Of a DNA stretch of 64,000 bases, positions 61,966 to 64,000 are shown one piece after another (the stretch's first letter is position 1; each line of letters begins with the position of its first letter). The notes below the pieces were generated by a model. That model ran no database searches, was not told the origin of the DNA, and saw only the letters and a program-made list of their open reading frames with translations. The translations under genes and the position numbers were made by a program. Source of the stretch: Chiloscyllium plagiosum (taxonomy: Eukaryota); NCBI RefSeq assembly GCF_004010195.1, contig NC_057718.1, positions 79,602,514 through 79,666,513 on the forward strand. The letters are read 5' to 3'.

Positions 61966-63308
61966 CTTCTACTCACTTTCAAAGAACTTAACAACCTTTC
62001 TAAAATGCAGTGCCGAGAAATGGACATCATGTAATTCTAATCCTTATGTCATTAAATCTGAGATGCTCTGCTCAGTTTAATGGGTGCAATTGTCAGAGGC
62101 CAATAATTAGCAGCTTCAAGGTCAAGTAGTTCTGAGCTTATGATGCTTTATTCATGATTCCATATGTGAAACTAAAAAAAACTTATTCAAGGGGTTATGA
62201 GAAGATTGCATGATTTCAGATTTCTTCTTACTGGTAATTATAATTATCCCATATTAATAATTCCTTGTCAAAAACAAGTTACAAATTATGATTTCATGAT
62301 GAGGATTTTTTATTGTCTGATTTACGCATGGTAATAATTCCCCACTGAAATACTCAAAATATGTGCAGTGTTGATGTTAAAAGAAACATTTAAAATTCCA
62401 GGCTATAATACCCCAGCACAGATGTGCAGGGATCATCTCATCATGAAACGAACCCAGCAATCATTGAAAGTTCAGGGAACATTCATATTTAAAGAAAAAT
62501 CATATCGCACAAATATCCCATTTATTCATATGACAATTATGTGGAACTAAATCCATTTGTCCTGAACAATTTTCTAACCTATATTTAGCTTTATTATTTT
62601 ATACATTTCTTCCTATCAGATCATGGGAACTAAATCTAGCATAGCAAAAATGGTTTAAAATAAATTTCAGGTCACCATCATTGAAAAGATGAGAACATCT
62701 TTTGTTGACCTTTCCTTAAAGTAAGAGCTTTTACCTAATCAGTCGTCTTGGGAGACAATGGGGAAAACTCATAGGCAAGCAACCACACTCTGTTCCTCTA
62801 TCCATCTCCATGCCCTCAATAACTATTATGCCACACATACCTATTTCCCATGGTCCCTCCTATCTACTCCCCAATTCTCCATTATCCCCTTATGTCTCTG
62901 AAGCCATCAATCTGGCCTTTTATAGTCCCTATGCCCCTGAACCCATCATCCTTCATTGCCCCTATGTAAACTTAATGTCCACTTACGTCAACCCATTTCT
63001 CCATTCAACATTCATCCCCTTTTCTCTATGCCAAAACAAACATTCATTGATTTAAAATCCTGTTCAGTGCAACCCATCCAATTTATCTTTTATGAAAATA
63101 AACATGTCAGTTAAGTGCTTAAGCTCTTATGAAAATGAACATTGCTATTCTATATGCACTTGAAGTTGTTCATCAAAGTGCTCTTGACAGGCACAGTGTT
63201 ATGGAAAGGTTGGGAAATCAGTCATGCAGCACAAATCCTATAATGGCTTATGCAAACAGACACAGTGAAATTTCTCACTTTTTAAAACTCCAAATATTTT
63301 GATCATTG

Positions 63309-63400
63309 TTTGACAATATAGCATTTTGTTTTTAATAGCTTTGACAGTTGTTTGACAGCTTCACATTTCTTTGACAGCTTTGACAGTGTTTTGACAGCTC
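63309..63400 (+). repeat. Cluster of TTTGACAG octamers
   Basis: Copies at 63340, 63351, 63370, 63379 and 63390, plus TTTGACAA at 63309. Confidence 0.85.
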
Positions 63401-64000
63401 AGTAGTCCCAATGATTTTATACACTTTAAAACAGATTTATGTATATATTTAACAATCCAAAAGGGTACCTGATTTCCTCCTCACAAAAGAGACTTGACCC
63501 CCACTAAAAGCAGCTGACTCCCAAATAGGGACACATTATCACTCTAAGTGGTTATTCAAATGAATTCACAAGGTTCAGGCCAGTTCTTAGCTGAACTAAC
63601 ATGCACATCCTGGATTCGATACCATAAGAATGCCAAAATCACACTTTACTGTAGTTAGTCAGTAATAACCAGCTGTTTCATAAAATCTGCATGCATAAAA
63701 CCAAGAATAACTCAACTCTTACTTGTGAAAATACAAGTGCTATATTCATGGGACAGGATTTGCTATTTAAGGCCATTTCCACCATTTGTACCATGGCAGA
63801 GGATCTCCATGCGATGACAAAAATTTGGGACCAGATATTAGACTTGATCTTACAGTAAACGTAGAGGTTAATACTTGACCTGTTTTCTAATGAACTGCTA
63901 TTTATGGTGGGACTCAGAATGTGGCTAATTCTGCACATGGACTAATTTTCTGGTTGGACATTATTTTGCAGACAGAGACTTGTTGTATGTATGGGGTAAG

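Overview
Repeat-dense, non-coding vertebrate DNA, almost certainly from a shark. The HE1/V-SINE, HER1-type CR1 and Deu-SINE content suggests this, and a carpet/bamboo shark is only an inference. I found no host protein-coding exon, rRNA, tRNA gene or CRISPR array; the ORF-track entries with recognisable motifs are transposon fragments and the rest look like chance ORFs. Contents: many CR1 LINE pieces (one near full length with ORF1 esterase, APE and RT; one young 2.1-kb 3' half), a second CR1/L2-group LINE, L1/Tx1 3' ends with target-site duplications (TSDs), a Rex1/Babar end, three tRNA-SINE families, solo LTRs and decayed PIF/Harbinger transposase and Myb/SANT genes. There are also several Penelope-like element (PLE) families. 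The most notable structure is in the PLEs: several minimal hammerhead ribozymes (two with intact cores, 1011-1050 and 38865-38899), recurrent fold-back or inverted 5' ends bounded by TSDs, and short ribozyme-to-tail insertions. Both assembly gaps fall inside young PLEs. A few repeat-poor islands are candidate regulatory DNA. No clearly new biological system is demonstrated. Family names come from motif recognition, not database searches, and most element boundaries are approximate.
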